64,000 bases of DNA from Candidatus Omnitrophota bacterium (GTDB lineage Bacteria; Omnitrophota; Gorgyraeia; Gorgyraeales; Gorgyraeaceae). The notes beneath the pieces were generated by a model. The model saw only the letters and a list, made by a program, of their open reading frames with translations, was not told the DNA's origin and did not search any database. Numbering within the stretch: the first letter of the stretch is position 1; the number at the start of each line of letters is the position of its first letter. The position numbers were made by a program, and so were the translations under genes. Below are positions 43,412-54,258 of the stretch, piece by piece. The stretch covers positions 1,379 through 65,378 of the forward strand of contig JBDRJN010000033.1 in NCBI GenBank assembly GCA_043814965.1, given 5' to 3'.

Positions 43412-46087
43412 ATGAAGGATATCCCAACAAGATGTAATCCTAAAGAGATAGAGGCCTCTGTATACAAGAGGTGGTTGGACGAAGGGCTTTTTAATGCGTT
43501 ACCTTCTAAAAAAGACCCTTTCACTATATCTATTCCTCCGCCTAATGTAACAGGTATCTTGCATATGGGGCACGCGCTTAATAACACTATCCAGGATATA
43601 CTTATACGCTGGAAGAGGATGGAAGGCTTTGAAGCATTGTGGATGCCGGGGACTGACCATGCTGGTATCGCAACGCAGAATGTCGTCGAGAAGAAACTTT
43701 CGAAGGATGGCAAAGGGAGAGATGACCTCGGAAGGGATGAGTTTTTAAAAGAGGTCTGGAAATGGCGTGACGAACATGGCTCTACTATAGTGAATCAGCT
43801 TAAAAGGCTGGGCTCTTCTTGTGACTGGGATAAAGTGCGCTTTACGATGGATGAGGGATACTCAGAATCAGTCCTGGAGGTATTTGTAAGGCTGTGGGAT
43901 AAAGGCCTTATATATCAGGGTAATTATATTATAAACTGGTGCCCAAGATGTCATACTGCGCTTTCAGATGAAGAGGCGCCTCATCATGATAAGGAAGGAT
44001 TTTTATACTATATAAAATATCCCATAAAAGATTCAAAGGAATATATAACTGTTGCGACTACCAGGCCTGAGACCATGCTGGGAGATGCCGCAGTTGCGAT
44101 CAATCCAAAAGACAAGAGATATAGATCATTATTGGATAAAAAGATAATCCTGCCATTAATAGAAAGAGAGCTCAAGGTAATAAAAGATGATTTTGTCGAC
44201 CCTAAATTCGGTACAGGCATAGTCAAGGTCACTCCTGCGCATGACCCGAATGATTTTGAGATGGGCCTAAGGCATGGATTGAAGCCGATACTTGTAATGA
44301 AGCCTGATGGTACTATGAATGAAAACGCAGGGGACTTCTCCGGGATGGACAGGTTTGAGGCGAGAGAAGCAGTATTAGAAGCATTGAAAGAAAGAAAATT
44401 GATAGTAAAGGCCGTTCCGCATCAGCATGCAGTAGGACATTGTTATAGATGCAATACTATCGTGGAGCCTTATCTATCCAAACAGTGGTTCGTAAGGATG
44501 AAGGAACTTGCAAGGCCTGCTATAGATGTGGTAAAAAAAGGCAAGATAAAGTTCTATCCTAAAAGATGGACAAAGGTTTATCTAAACTGGATGGAGAATA
44601 TAAGAGACTGGTGTATATCAAGGCAGATATGGTGGGGACATCGTTTGCCTGTTTATTACTGTCGGGAATGTATGAAACAGGTAGATAAGGCCACAAGCCA
44701 CAAGCCACAAGCCACAAGTAAAGGCGTTATAGTATCAAAAGTGCAGCCCGGGAAGTGTCCTAAATGCAGCTCGACTGATATCGTGCAGGATGAGGATGTG
44801 CTGGATACATGGTTTTCTTCATGGCTATGGCCTTTTGCGACTTTAGGATGGCCTAAAGGATCAAAGGAACTGGACTTTTTCTATCCGACATCAGTTCTCG
44901 TGACAGCGCCTGAGATATTGTTTTTTTGGGTTGCCAGGATGATCATGTCTGGCATGGAGTTCATGAAAGACATACCTTTCAGCGGCGTGTATATACATGG
45001 CACTGTCAGGGATGCTGCAGGAAAAAAGATGTCAAAATCCCTTGGTAATACTATAGACCCTATAGAGATAATAGATGAGTTTGGCGCGGATGCCTTGAGG
45101 TATTCTCTCATAGCTATTACTGCTACAGGGCAGGATGTGTTTTTGTCAAAAGAGAAATTTCATATAGGTAGGAACTTTGTAAACAAGATATGGAATGCAT
45201 CAAGGTTTGTCCTTATGAATATATCCGAAGACACAGGGACTGATTTTAATGTCAAGGAATTGAGCCTGGCTGATAGATGGATATTGAGCCTTTTACAAAA
45301 GGCCATTGGTGAGGCCAAGAAGGCATTGAATCAATATAGATTCAATGAAGTGGAGTCTATTATATATGAATTTTTCTGGCATGAGTTCTGCGATTGGTAT
45401 ATCGAGATAGTAAAGCCTATACTGATGGAGCAGGAGCCATCTATTAAAAAGAAGAATGTGGAAAAGGTCCTTGTATATACACTAGAGAGTTCTTTAAAGT
45501 TGATGCATCCTTTTATGCCTTTTGTCACAGAAGAGATATGGCAGAATATAAAAAAGAGAAATAGTATCATGATAGAGAAATGGCCTTTAGTAGATAAGTC
45601 ATTGGCCAATAAAGATAGTGAATCAAAGATAAATCTTATAAAAGACATAACTATAAGCATAAGGAATATACGCTCGACGATGAATATACCTTATTCGAAG
45701 CTTCTTTCAGTAAAACTCGTTCCCTTAAAAAAGGGAGTCGAATCAAAGATAAACGAAGGGGCCCCGTACATAACCAACCTTGCCAAGTTGGAGGGTTTGA
45801 CAATAGACCATAAGATCAAAAAACCAAGGCATGCAGCTAGCGCGATACTCGAGGATTGCAATATCTTTATTCCTTTGGAAGGCGTTATCGATATAGACAG
45901 TGAAAGAAATAGATTAAATAAAAAGATGGAGGGATCCCTCGTATCTTTATCTTTCAGCGAAAAGAAGATAAAGGACAAGAACTTTATAAATAAGGCGCCA
46001 GAGAACATAGTTAACATGGAAAAAGAAAAAGTTCAAAGGTTTAAAGACGAGATCAAGAGGATAAAGGATACATTAAAGAGCCTATGA
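43412..46087 (+). CDS. valS: valyl-tRNA synthetase
   Basis: HMGH and KMSKS motifs, editing domain, C-terminal coiled coil. Contains a Cys4 insertion (CRECMK...CPKCSS) that encloses a 7-nt x4 tandem repeat. Confidence 0.9.
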   Translation: MKDIPTRCNPKEIEASVYKRWLDEGLFNALPSKKDPFTISIPPPNVTGILHMGHALNNTIQDILIRWKRMEGFEALWMPGTDHAGIATQNVVEKKLSKDGKGRDDLGRDEFLKEVWKWRDEHGSTIVNQLKRLGSSCDWDKVRFTMDEGYSESVLEVFVRLWDKGLIYQGNYIINWCPRCHTALSDEEAPHHDKEGFLYYIKYPIKDSKEYITVATTRPETMLGDAAVAINPKDKRYRSLLDKKIILPLIERELKVIKDDFVDPKFGTGIVKVTPAHDPNDFEMGLRHGLKPILVMKPDGTMNENAGDFSGMDRFEAREAVLEALKERKLIVKAVPHQHAVGHCYRCNTIVEPYLSKQWFVRMKELARPAIDVVKKGKIKFYPKRWTKVYLNWMENIRDWCISRQIWWGHRLPVYYCRECMKQVDKATSHKPQATSKGVIVSKVQPGKCPKCSSTDIVQDEDVLDTWFSSWLWPFATLGWPKGSKELDFFYPTSVLVTAPEILFFWVARMIMSGMEFMKDIPFSGVYIHGTVRDAAGKKMSKSLGNTIDPIEIIDEFGADALRYSLIAITATGQDVFLSKEKFHIGRNFVNKIWNASRFVLMNISEDTGTDFNVKELSLADRWILSLLQKAIGEAKKALNQYRFNEVESIIYEFFWHEFCDWYIEIVKPILMEQEPSIKKKNVEKVLVYTLESSLKLMHPFMPFVTEEIWQNIKKRNSIMIEKWPLVDKSLANKDSESKINLIKDITISIRNIRSTMNIPYSKLLSVKLVPLKKGVESKINEGAPYITNLAKLEGLTIDHKIKKPRHAASAILEDCNIFIPLEGVIDIDSERNRLNKKMEGSLVSLSFSEKKIKDKNFINKAPENIVNMEKEKVQRFKDEIKRIKDTLKSL
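44691..44718 (+). repeat. heptanucleotide tandem repeat (CCACAAG)x4 inside valS
   Basis: ccacaag ccacaag ccacaag ccacaag, encoding ...KATSHKPQATSK... Confidence 0.9.
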
Positions 46088-46968
46088 CCACTAAACTTTT
46101 AAGTAAAGACGCGTTACCTATAATAATGACTGCCCTCAACGAGGACCTAGGGTCCGGGGATATAACCAATAAAGTCCTTTTTGAGAAAGATGAGATAGTT
46201 TTGGCAGATATAGTCGCTAAAGAGAGCTGTGTGCTTTGCGGCATTGATGTAGCTAGATGGGTGTTCAACGCGCTTGATGAAAATATAGTCACAAGGCCGT
46301 TATATAAAGATGGTTCAGCCGTAAAAAAAGACAAAAAGATCCTTTCTATAAAAGGCTCAGCAAAAAACATCCTTACAGCTGAGAGGACCGCGCTGAATTT
46401 TTTAAGCAGGCTTTCCGGGGTTGCTACCACTACCAGTGAATTCGTCAGGAAGATAAAAGGAAAAGACACAAGGCTTTTTAGCACCAGAAAGACCATGCCG
46501 GGGATGAGGGCGTTGGACAAATATGCTGTCAGGGTCGGGGAAGGGATAAACCACAGGACCAATCTGGGGGATGGTGTCTTGATAAAGGATAATCATCTCT
46601 TTAGCTTAAGAAATCGTTTTAATGCCAAAAAGATAGATGTGATAAAAAAAGCTATAGCTAGTTTCAAGGAAAAAGGTTTTAAGGACATTGAAGTAGAAGT
46701 GGATAACTTGAAAGAGTTCGAGGCAGCGCTTTATAACAACGCGGATATTATAATGCTCGATAACATGAAACTTGATGATATTAAAAAAGCAGTCAAGCTA
46801 AGAAATAAAGAATATAGCAAGACAGGAAAAAAGATCCTTATAGAGGTTTCAGGCGGAGTCAATCTAGAAAGCCTCTCAAAACTTGCAGCAACCGGGGTAG
46901 ATAGGATCTCAACGGGTTTTATTACCCATTCAGCCCGCTCAATAGACTTTTCGCTGGAGATCTGCTAG
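46084..46968 (+). CDS. nadC: nicotinate-nucleotide pyrophosphorylase (carboxylating), quinolinate phosphoribosyltransferase
   Basis: LNFLSRLSGVATTT and the conserved Arg/Lys residues of the QPRTase fold. Confidence 0.85.
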   Translation: MTTKLLSKDALPIIMTALNEDLGSGDITNKVLFEKDEIVLADIVAKESCVLCGIDVARWVFNALDENIVTRPLYKDGSAVKKDKKILSIKGSAKNILTAERTALNFLSRLSGVATTTSEFVRKIKGKDTRLFSTRKTMPGMRALDKYAVRVGEGINHRTNLGDGVLIKDNHLFSLRNRFNAKKIDVIKKAIASFKEKGFKDIEVEVDNLKEFEAALYNNADIIMLDNMKLDDIKKAVKLRNKEYSKTGKKILIEVSGGVNLESLSKLAATGVDRISTGFITHSARSIDFSLEIC

Positions 46969-47078
46969 AAGAAATCTGAACATCTTTTTGAAGCCCTCTA
47001 TTAGACAGATAGAAAATAGATCGAAAAAGAAAGATTTAACTTGAGCGGGTAGATTCTTTTAGCTTATCAGGAAGGATT

Positions 47079-49073
47079 ATGCCGAGATTTAAATTAGTCA
47101 GTTCATTTAGGCCAGAGGGCGACCAACCTAAGGCGATAAAGGAAATAGTCGAAGGCTTAAAAAAAGGCTGCAATGCCCAGACTCTATTGGGGGTCACTGG
47201 CAGCGGTAAGACTTTTACTATGGCCAATGTGATAGAGAGGGTCCAGAGGCCTACGCTTGTCATATCTCACAACAAGACGCTCGCAGCCCAGCTTTATAGT
47301 GAATTCAGGGAGTTCTTTCCTAATAATGCAGTAGAGTATTTTGTGAGTTATTACGACTATTACCAACCCGAGGCATATGTCCCGCATACTGATACTTATA
47401 TCGAAAAAGACGCCTCAATAAATGACAATATAGACAGGCTAAGGCTCAGGGCTACTAGCGCTCTGATGTCAAGGAGAGATGTGGTGATAGTCTCAAGCGT
47501 GTCGTGTATATATGGATTGGGTTCTCCAGAGGACTATAAAGAGCAATTATTATTTCTAAAAGAAGGGGACAGTATAAAGATCAAGGATCTATTGATAAGC
47601 CTTGTAAATATCCATTATACAAGGAATGACATTGATTTCAGGCGTGGATGTATGAGGGTCAGGGGAGATATAGTCGATATATTTCCAGCATATGAAGAGA
47701 CTTGTTTCAGGCTGTATTTTTTTGGGGACAAGGTCGAGAAGATAGATGAGATAGACCCATTGACAGGAAAGACTTTAAGCAATGTAGAAAAGATAGCCGT
47801 ATATCCTGCAAAGCATTTTGTCACAACAAAAGAGAGATTGGACAAGGCCATAGAGACCATAAGGATAGAGCTGGAAGAAAGAGTAAGAGATCTTAATGAC
47901 CAGAATAAGCTTCTTGAGGCGCAGCGTCTTTATTCCAGGACCAATTATGACATAGAGATGCTCAATGAGATAGGCTATTGTAATGGTATAGAGAATTATT
48001 CAAGACATATAAGCGCCAGGGCGCCTGGCTTGAGGCCTAACTGCCTTATTGATTATTTCCCGGAAGATTTTCTTACTATAATAGATGAGAGCCATGTCAC
48101 ACTTCCTCAGCTTAGGGGTATGTATAAGGGCGACAGGGCACGTAAGCAGGTATTGGTAGATTATGGGTTCAGGCTGCCTTCTGCGCTCGACAACAGGCCT
48201 TTAAGTTTCGAGGAATTTATGGATGTTGTAGGCCAAAAGACATATGTCTCAGCTACCCCATCGGATTATGAACTAGAGAATTCCAGTCAGGTGGTAGAAC
48301 AGCTGATAAGGCCAACAGGACTTATAGACCCTGAGATCATAGTAAGGCCTGTAAACGGACAGATAGATGACCTGGTCGAGGAAATAAAGTATAGGATCGA
48401 TAAAGATCAAAGGGTCCTTGTGACTACATTGACTAAAAGGATGTCAGAGGACCTGGCAAGCTATCTCTCGGGGCTTAAATTAAGAGTCAAGTATATTCAT
48501 TCTGAGATCAATACCATAGAGCGCACAGAGATACTCCAGGACCTTAGAAAGAAGAAATTCGATTGTCTGGTAGGTATAAATCTTTTAAGAGAAGGCCTGG
48601 ACTTGCCTGAAGTGACTTTGGTCGCAATATTGGATGCTGATAAAGAGGGTTTTTTAAGGTCATGGTCGTCTTTGATACAAGTCGCTGGCCGGGCTGCGAG
48701 ACATGTGGATGGAAAAGTAATAATGTACGCAGATACACTTACAAAATCCATGGAAAGGGCAATAAGAGAGACCAATAGGCGCAGGGTCAAACAGTTTGAA
48801 TTCAATAAAAAACATGGCATTACTCCGAGATCTATTGAAAAGGCGATAAAAGAAGGGATAGAAAGCGCTAAAAAGGCTGAGGAGATAGTCATGGATTCAT
48901 GCGGCCAGACAGAAGATGAATTTGAAAGAGAGTCATTGATATCCGAGTTACAGAAAGAGATGGAGCTCTGCGCAAGGAACTTGCAGTTTGAGCGCGCAGC
49001 AGAATTACGCGACAAGATAAAAGAACTAGAGACGTTTTCCAACCCAATAAGGAAACTGTCCCAAACCCAATAA
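47079..49073 (+). CDS. uvrB: excinuclease ABC subunit B
   Basis: Walker [11 protein letters not shown], helicase motifs, beta-hairpin, and C-terminal UvrC-interaction coiled coil. Confidence 0.9.
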   Translation: MPRFKLVSSFRPEGDQPKAIKEIVEGLKKGCNAQTLLGVTGSGKTFTMANVIERVQRPTLVISHNKTLAAQLYSEFREFFPNNAVEYFVSYYDYYQPEAYVPHTDTYIEKDASINDNIDRLRLRATSALMSRRDVVIVSSVSCIYGLGSPEDYKEQLLFLKEGDSIKIKDLLISLVNIHYTRNDIDFRRGCMRVRGDIVDIFPAYEETCFRLYFFGDKVEKIDEIDPLTGKTLSNVEKIAVYPAKHFVTTKERLDKAIETIRIELEERVRDLNDQNKLLEAQRLYSRTNYDIEMLNEIGYCNGIENYSRHISARAPGLRPNCLIDYFPEDFLTIIDESHVTLPQLRGMYKGDRARKQVLVDYGFRLPSALDNRPLSFEEFMDVVGQKTYVSATPSDYELENSSQVVEQLIRPTGLIDPEIIVRPVNGQIDDLVEEIKYRIDKDQRVLVTTLTKRMSEDLASYLSGLKLRVKYIHSEINTIERTEILQDLRKKKFDCLVGINLLREGLDLPEVTLVAILDADKEGFLRSWSSLIQVAGRAARHVDGKVIMYADTLTKSMERAIRETNRRRVKQFEFNKKHGITPRSIEKAIKEGIESAKKAEEIVMDSCGQTEDEFERESLISELQKEMELCARNLQFERAAELRDKIKELETFSNPIRKLSQTQ

Positions 49074-49086
49074 GGAAACTGTCCCC
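49041..49086 (+). repeat. 23-bp tandem direct repeat x2 spanning the uvrB stop codon
   Basis: aacccaataaggaaactgtccca repeated; followed by a partial inverted copy (tttccttattg) and a second short tandem repeat tcggatgtctt x2 at 49151-49174. Confidence 0.7.
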
Positions 49087-49189
49087 TTTTATTTATATGA
49101 CATTTTCCTTATTGAGGAAAGGGCACTTTCCCGAACAGCTTGGAAAACGTCTCGGATGTCTTTCGGATGTCTTTATTAAAAAATAGGAC

Positions 49190-50152
49190 ATGATGGATAC
49201 TAAGATAATCAATTTTTTTAAGAAGAACAGTGGCAGCTATATATCAGGTGAAGAGATAAGCAACGCATTGGGTGTATCCCGTACAACCATATGGAAACAT
49301 ATTGAAAAACTCCGCGCAGAAGGTTACGAGATAACCGCATCTCCTCATCTAGGGTATCGCTTGGAGTCATTTCCGGATAGATTGACAGAACTGGAACTGG
49401 GCTTTGACTTAGGCACTGATATAGTAGGAAAAAAGATATATTCTTATAAAGAAATATCCTCTACCAATGATACTGCTTATAGTCTTGCTTTGTCAGGAGA
49501 AAAAAATGGGTCTATAGTCATTGCTGAATACCAGTCCAAAGGCAGGGGTAGGCTTGGTAGAAAATGGATCTCTCCTAGAGGTAAAGGCGCTTATTTTTCA
49601 GTGATACTAAGGCCTGATATCTTGCCTAGGGAGATATCGCTTATTACCCTTATCTCATCTTTGGCTATCGCAAAAAGCATAAGAGAATACGTGAACCTGC
49701 CGGCACTTATAAAATGGCCGAACGATATCCTGATAAATAATTCCAAGATATGCGGGATACTTACAGAAATGAACGGGGAGACAGATAAGATCAATTTTGT
49801 TATAATAGGAATAGGTATCAATATAAATACCAAAAAAGACCTTTTACCAGAAGGAGCTAGCTCTATATTAGAAGAAAAGGGTAATAGCGTATCCAGGGTA
49901 GAGCTTTTGAGAGTCATTTTAAGGAACCTTGATAGGTATTACAAGATGTTCTCGGAAGGCAAGAGAGAGGTTATCCTGAATGAATATAAAGTCCTTTCAG
50001 GAGTACTTGATAAAAGAGTGAAAGTAAGCTATCATGATCAGGTTATTCAGGGGCATGCCGTAGACATAGACAATGAAGGCGCCTTGATAATCAGGCTTGA
50101 TAGCGGGTTCAATGAAAGGGTGCTTGCGGGGGACGTAAGCATGTTAAGGTAA
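49190..50152 (+). CDS. birA: bifunctional biotin-protein ligase / bio operon repressor BirA
   Basis: N-terminal helix-turn-helix (GEEISNALGVSRTTIWKHIEKL) and ligase motif GRGRLGRKW. Confidence 0.85.
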   Translation: MMDTKIINFFKKNSGSYISGEEISNALGVSRTTIWKHIEKLRAEGYEITASPHLGYRLESFPDRLTELELGFDLGTDIVGKKIYSYKEISSTNDTAYSLALSGEKNGSIVIAEYQSKGRGRLGRKWISPRGKGAYFSVILRPDILPREISLITLISSLAIAKSIREYVNLPALIKWPNDILINNSKICGILTEMNGETDKINFVIIGIGININTKKDLLPEGASSILEEKGNSVSRVELLRVILRNLDRYYKMFSEGKREVILNEYKVLSGVLDKRVKVSYHDQVIQGHAVDIDNEGALIIRLDSGFNERVLAGDVSMLR

Positions 50153-50153
50153 G

Positions 50154-50900
50154 ATGTTATTAGCAGTAGACATAGGTAATAGCAACATCCATAGCGGGAT
50201 CTTCGAAGAGTCTTTTCTAAAAAAAGATTTTAAGATACCGACTTATACGGATGACCTGGGGGTAGAATATAGAAAAAAGCTGAGGCCTTATATAAGATCT
50301 ATCGATAAAGTGATCTTAGTAAGTGTTGTCCCAAAGATATCCATAGATGTAAAAAGGGTATTAAGATCTACTTTAGGTATAAGGATCCTGGTAGTCGGGG
50401 AAAACATAGATAGCGGAGTAAAGAACTGTTATAATAAGCCAAAACAGGTCGGACAGGACAGGCTTGTCAATGCGAGGGCAGGTTTTGATCTATACGGTGG
50501 AGAATCCATAATCGTTGATTTTGGAACAGCTATTACTATAGATATGGTGAATAGAAAAAAGGAATATCTGGGCGGGCTTATTGTCCCTGGGCTTGAGCTT
50601 TCGTTGAATGCATTATCAGGAAGGGCAGCTTTGCTTCCGAAAATAATCTTATCTAAACCAAGGTCTCTTTTGGGTAAGGAGACGAAGGACAGTATGATAA
50701 GCGGGGCAGTTTATGGGATCAGCAGCCTTTGCGACGGGGTAGTCAATAAACTTAAAAATAAATACTCGAAAGATGCAAAGGCCATCGCAACTGGAGGAGT
50801 AGCGGAATTTATCTCCCCATATTGTAAAAGCATAGAAAAGGTAGATAGGGCATTGACCCTTAAAGGATTACAACTTATAAGCGAGGAGAAAGATGTTTAA
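50154..50900 (+). CDS. coaX: type III pantothenate kinase
   Basis: LLAVDIGNSNIH ASKHA-fold N-terminus. Confidence 0.85.
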   Translation: MLLAVDIGNSNIHSGIFEESFLKKDFKIPTYTDDLGVEYRKKLRPYIRSIDKVILVSVVPKISIDVKRVLRSTLGIRILVVGENIDSGVKNCYNKPKQVGQDRLVNARAGFDLYGGESIIVDFGTAITIDMVNRKKEYLGGLIVPGLELSLNALSGRAALLPKIILSKPRSLLGKETKDSMISGAVYGISSLCDGVVNKLKNKYSKDAKAIATGGVAEFISPYCKSIEKVDRALTLKGLQLISEEKDV

Positions 50901-51714
50901 GATCATATCAAACGAAAACATAGGGCCGAGCATTTTTAAAATGGAGTTTATCGCGCCTTTTATAGCTAAAAAAGCTGCGGCAGGGCAATTTATAATGGTA
51001 AGGATAGATGAATCAGGAGAGCGTATCCCGCTTACCATAGCAGATAACACGGAGACCACTATAACTATCATCTATCAAGCCGTAGGAGTCACTACATACA
51101 AGTTGACTCAATTAAAAAAGGGCGGGAGCCTGCTGGATGCTGTAGGGCCATTAGGCCATAAGACAGAACTTGTAAATATCGGGACAGTGTGCTGCGTAGG
51201 CGGAGGAGTGGGTATAGGAGAGTTGTATCCGGTTGCTAAGGCTTACAAGTCTTGCGGGAACAAAGTAATAATTATTATAGGCGCAAGATCAGAAAACCTT
51301 ATTATATATAAAGAAGAGTTAAAGAAAGTGAGCGACCAGCTGTATATTACTACTGACGATGGAACATCAGGAGAAAAAGGTTTTGTCTCAGGTGTCCTTA
51401 AAAGGTTAATAGATTCCGGAGAAAAAATAAACCTTGTCTATGCAGTTGGCCCTGCGATAATGATGAAGGTGACAGCAGACCTTACAAGGCCTTATAAAAT
51501 AAAGACACTGGTTTCTCTGAATACTGTGCTTGTTGATGGTACTGGCATGTGCGGTTCTTGCAGGATAGAAGTCGGAAACGAGACTAAATTCGCCTGTGTA
51601 GACGGGCCTGAGTTTGATGGGCATTTGGTTAATTTCAAGGAGATGATGTCCAGGCAAAGTCTTTTTAAGGAAGAAGAAAGACACGCATGCAAAATAAGAG
51701 GGATACTTCAATAA
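50893..51714 (+). CDS. ferredoxin-NADP+ reductase-like small subunit (NfnA/SudB/PyrK family) with C-terminal 2Fe-2S Cys cluster
   Basis: FAD/NAD-binding fold and CGSCRIEVGNETKFACVDGPEF. Confidence 0.7.
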   Translation: MFKIISNENIGPSIFKMEFIAPFIAKKAAAGQFIMVRIDESGERIPLTIADNTETTITIIYQAVGVTTYKLTQLKKGGSLLDAVGPLGHKTELVNIGTVCCVGGGVGIGELYPVAKAYKSCGNKVIIIIGARSENLIIYKEELKKVSDQLYITTDDGTSGEKGFVSGVLKRLIDSGEKINLVYAVGPAIMMKVTADLTRPYKIKTLVSLNTVLVDGTGMCGSCRIEVGNETKFACVDGPEFDGHLVNFKEMMSRQSLFKEEERHACKIRGILQ

Positions 51715-51745
51715 CAAAGGCTAGACAACAAAAGGGAGTTAAAGA

Positions 51746-53131
51746 ATGAAAAAGCAGGCTGCAAAAGAAAGGATCAAAAATTTTAAAGAAGTCGCGCTTG
51801 GCCTTGATGAGGCTGAAGCTATAAAAGAGGCGTCCAGGTGTCTATTTTGTAAAAAACCTTTCTGTTCTCTCAAGTGTCCTGTGGAGATAGATATCCCTGA
51901 CTTTATCAATGCTATAAAAAATAAAGACTTTCAAAAGGCTATCGAGGTAATAAAAAAGGACAATAACCTTCCGGGGATATGCGGAAGAGTCTGCCCTCAG
52001 GAAGACCAGTGCGAAGGCGCTTGCATACTTGGCAAGAAGGGGACTCCTATAAATATAGGCGCGCTTGAGAGATTTGCAGCTGATCGGGAGATGGAAAATG
52101 GGTCACGGGTCACGGGTCACGGGTCACGGTTAGAAAAAGAAAAGGTAGCGGTCATAGGTTCAGGGCCTGCAGGGCTTACATGCGCAGGAGATCTGGCTAA
52201 GCATGGATACAAGGTAACTATATTCGAGGCGCTTCATACCGCAGGAGGGGTCTTAGTATATGGTATCCCTGAATTTCGTTTGCCAAAAGAGATCGTGAAA
52301 AAGGAAGTAGATTTTTTAAAGTCTTTGGGCGTAGAGGTCATTACAAATTTTATTATAGGAAAGACCTCCACTCTAGAAGAGCTGTTCAATAAAGGGTATA
52401 AAGCTGTATTTGTAGGAACTGGCGCAGGACTGCCAAGTTTTATGAAAATACCAGGAGAAAACCTCAACAGGGTGTATTCATCAAATGAACTTTTAACAAG
52501 AGCTAACTTGATGAAGGCATATCTTTTTCCGGATTATGACACGCCTATAAATATAGGAAAGAATGTAGCTGTAATAGGCGGCGGGAATACTGCGATGGAT
52601 TCAGCTCGCGTATCTTTACGCCTCGGGGCTAGAAAAGTCTATATAGTTTATAGGAGGAGCGAAAAAGAGCTGCCAGCGCGTAAAGAAGAGATAGAGAACG
52701 CAAAGGAAGAAGGCATAGAATTTCATGTATTGACCCTACCCAAAGAGATACTGGGTGACGATAAGGGGTTTGTGAAAGGCATGAACTGTATAAAGATGGA
52801 CCTTGGAGAACCAGATTCATCGGGCAGGCGAAGGCCAGTGCCTATAGAAGGTTCAGATTTTTTTATGGATGTAGATACAGTGTGTGTTGCAATAGGACAG
52901 AGCCCAAATCCGGTTTTTTTGAGTGCAACGCCAGGGCTTGAATTGGACAGATGGAACAAGATAAAGGTCGACCTTAAGACGCAGGCTACTAATATAGAAG
53001 GTGTTTATTCAGGAGGCGATGCTGCATGCGGCGGAGATGATACTGTCATAGCTGCAATGGGCGCTGGCAAAAAAGCAGCCAGATCAATGGATAAATATTT
53101 AATAGGGTTAAGGGATAAGGGTAATGGGTAA
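51746..53131 (+). CDS. glutamate-synthase-small-subunit-like NAD(P)H oxidoreductase (NfnB/GltD family)
   Basis: Two 4Fe-4S Cys motifs (CLFCKKPFCSLKCP; CGRVCPQEDQCEGAC) and FAD/NADPH Rossmann motifs GSGPAGL and GGGNTAMD. Confidence 0.75.
   Translation: MKKQAAKERIKNFKEVALGLDEAEAIKEASRCLFCKKPFCSLKCPVEIDIPDFINAIKNKDFQKAIEVIKKDNNLPGICGRVCPQEDQCEGACILGKKGTPINIGALERFAADREMENGSRVTGHGSRLEKEKVAVIGSGPAGLTCAGDLAKHGYKVTIFEALHTAGGVLVYGIPEFRLPKEIVKKEVDFLKSLGVEVITNFIIGKTSTLEELFNKGYKAVFVGTGAGLPSFMKIPGENLNRVYSSNELLTRANLMKAYLFPDYDTPINIGKNVAVIGGGNTAMDSARVSLRLGARKVYIVYRRSEKELPARKEEIENAKEEGIEFHVLTLPKEILGDDKGFVKGMNCIKMDLGEPDSSGRRRPVPIEGSDFFMDVDTVCVAIGQSPNPVFLSATPGLELDRWNKIKVDLKTQATNIEGVYSGGDAACGGDDTVIAAMGAGKKAARSMDKYLIGLRDKGNG
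52100..52127 (+). repeat. heptanucleotide tandem repeat (GGGTCAC)x4 inside the nfnB-like gene
   Basis: gggtcac x4, encoding ...NGSRVTGHGSRLEK... Confidence 0.9.
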
Positions 53132-54194
53132 CGGAAAAAGAGTGTTAGTTGCGATGAGCGGAGGTGTGGATAGTTCTGTAGCAGCCGCTATCTTAAACGA
53201 AAAAGGCTATGAAGTAATCGGCGCCACGATGAAAATATGGCCCAAAGAGCATTGTACTAAAGTAAAGGAAAGATCCTGTTGTTCTTTGAAAGATATAGAA
53301 GATGCCAAAAAGGTCTGCTACTTATTAGATATACGACATTACGTCTTGAATTTCGAGAGCGTCTTTAAGAAAGAGGTCATAGATTATTTTAGTAGTGAAT
53401 ACCTTAAAGGCCGTACTCCCAATCCTTGCATAGTATGCAATGAAAAGGTAAAGTTCGGCGCATTGCTTAAAAAAGCCAAAGAGCTCGAGTGTATGTATGT
53501 AGCAACCGGGCACTATGCCAATATAGAGCATGATAGGGAGTATAGATTAAAAGAGAGCGCTGACAAGACAAAAGACCAGTCCTATGTCTTGTTCTCATTG
53601 CGATATAAAGACCTGAAACATATTCTCTTTCCTGTAGGAGATTTCAAGAAGAAAGAGATCAAAAAGAAGGCCGAGGAGTTAGGCCTCTCGCTTCATAATA
53701 AACTTGAGAGCCAGGAGATATGTTTTATCCCGGATAATGATTATTCTAGATTCCTGGAAGAATATTACAATGTAACTCCCAAAAAAGGGGATATAGTCAA
53801 TGCCTCGGGTAAAATATTGGGCAAGCATGACGGGTTCTGGAATTTTACAATAGGACAGCGTAAAGGCCTTGGGATAGGATATAAGGAGCCCCTTTATGTA
53901 GTCAATATAAACCCTGACAAAAATGAGGTAAAGGTAGGCACTATAAAAGAGACAAAGAGAAAGAGTTTTGTAGTAAATAATATAAATTGGTTATCAAAAG
54001 AAGATATCAGTGAAGCATATGTAAAGATAAGGTACAATCATCCGAAGAAAAGAGCCAAGATAACAACTATAGACAAGGATAAGCTAAGAGTTGATTTTAT
54101 AGAAGAAGAGAGCGCTATAACTCCTGGACAAGCAGCTGTTTTTTATGACTCTGAGTATGTCATAGGCGGCGGCTGGATAGAGAGGATAGTATGA
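53124..54194 (+). CDS. mnmA: tRNA-specific 2-thiouridylase MnmA
   Basis: PP-loop SGGVDSS and catalytic Cys residues. Confidence 0.85.
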   Translation: MGNGKRVLVAMSGGVDSSVAAAILNEKGYEVIGATMKIWPKEHCTKVKERSCCSLKDIEDAKKVCYLLDIRHYVLNFESVFKKEVIDYFSSEYLKGRTPNPCIVCNEKVKFGALLKKAKELECMYVATGHYANIEHDREYRLKESADKTKDQSYVLFSLRYKDLKHILFPVGDFKKKEIKKKAEELGLSLHNKLESQEICFIPDNDYSRFLEEYYNVTPKKGDIVNASGKILGKHDGFWNFTIGQRKGLGIGYKEPLYVVNINPDKNEVKVGTIKETKRKSFVVNNINWLSKEDISEAYVKIRYNHPKKRAKITTIDKDKLRVDFIEEESAITPGQAAVFYDSEYVIGGGWIERIV

Positions 54195-54258
54195 TATTCT
54201 TTCTGTTAGGCAAAGGCCTACTAAAAACAGTTCTAATCTGATTAATAAGTTGTTTTAG

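Noticed and set aside
47020-47078. LexA/SOS box upstream of uvrB
   Set aside because: Neither CTGT-N8-ACAG nor GAAC-N4-GTTC is present, only a weak GAACATCT. Not supportable.
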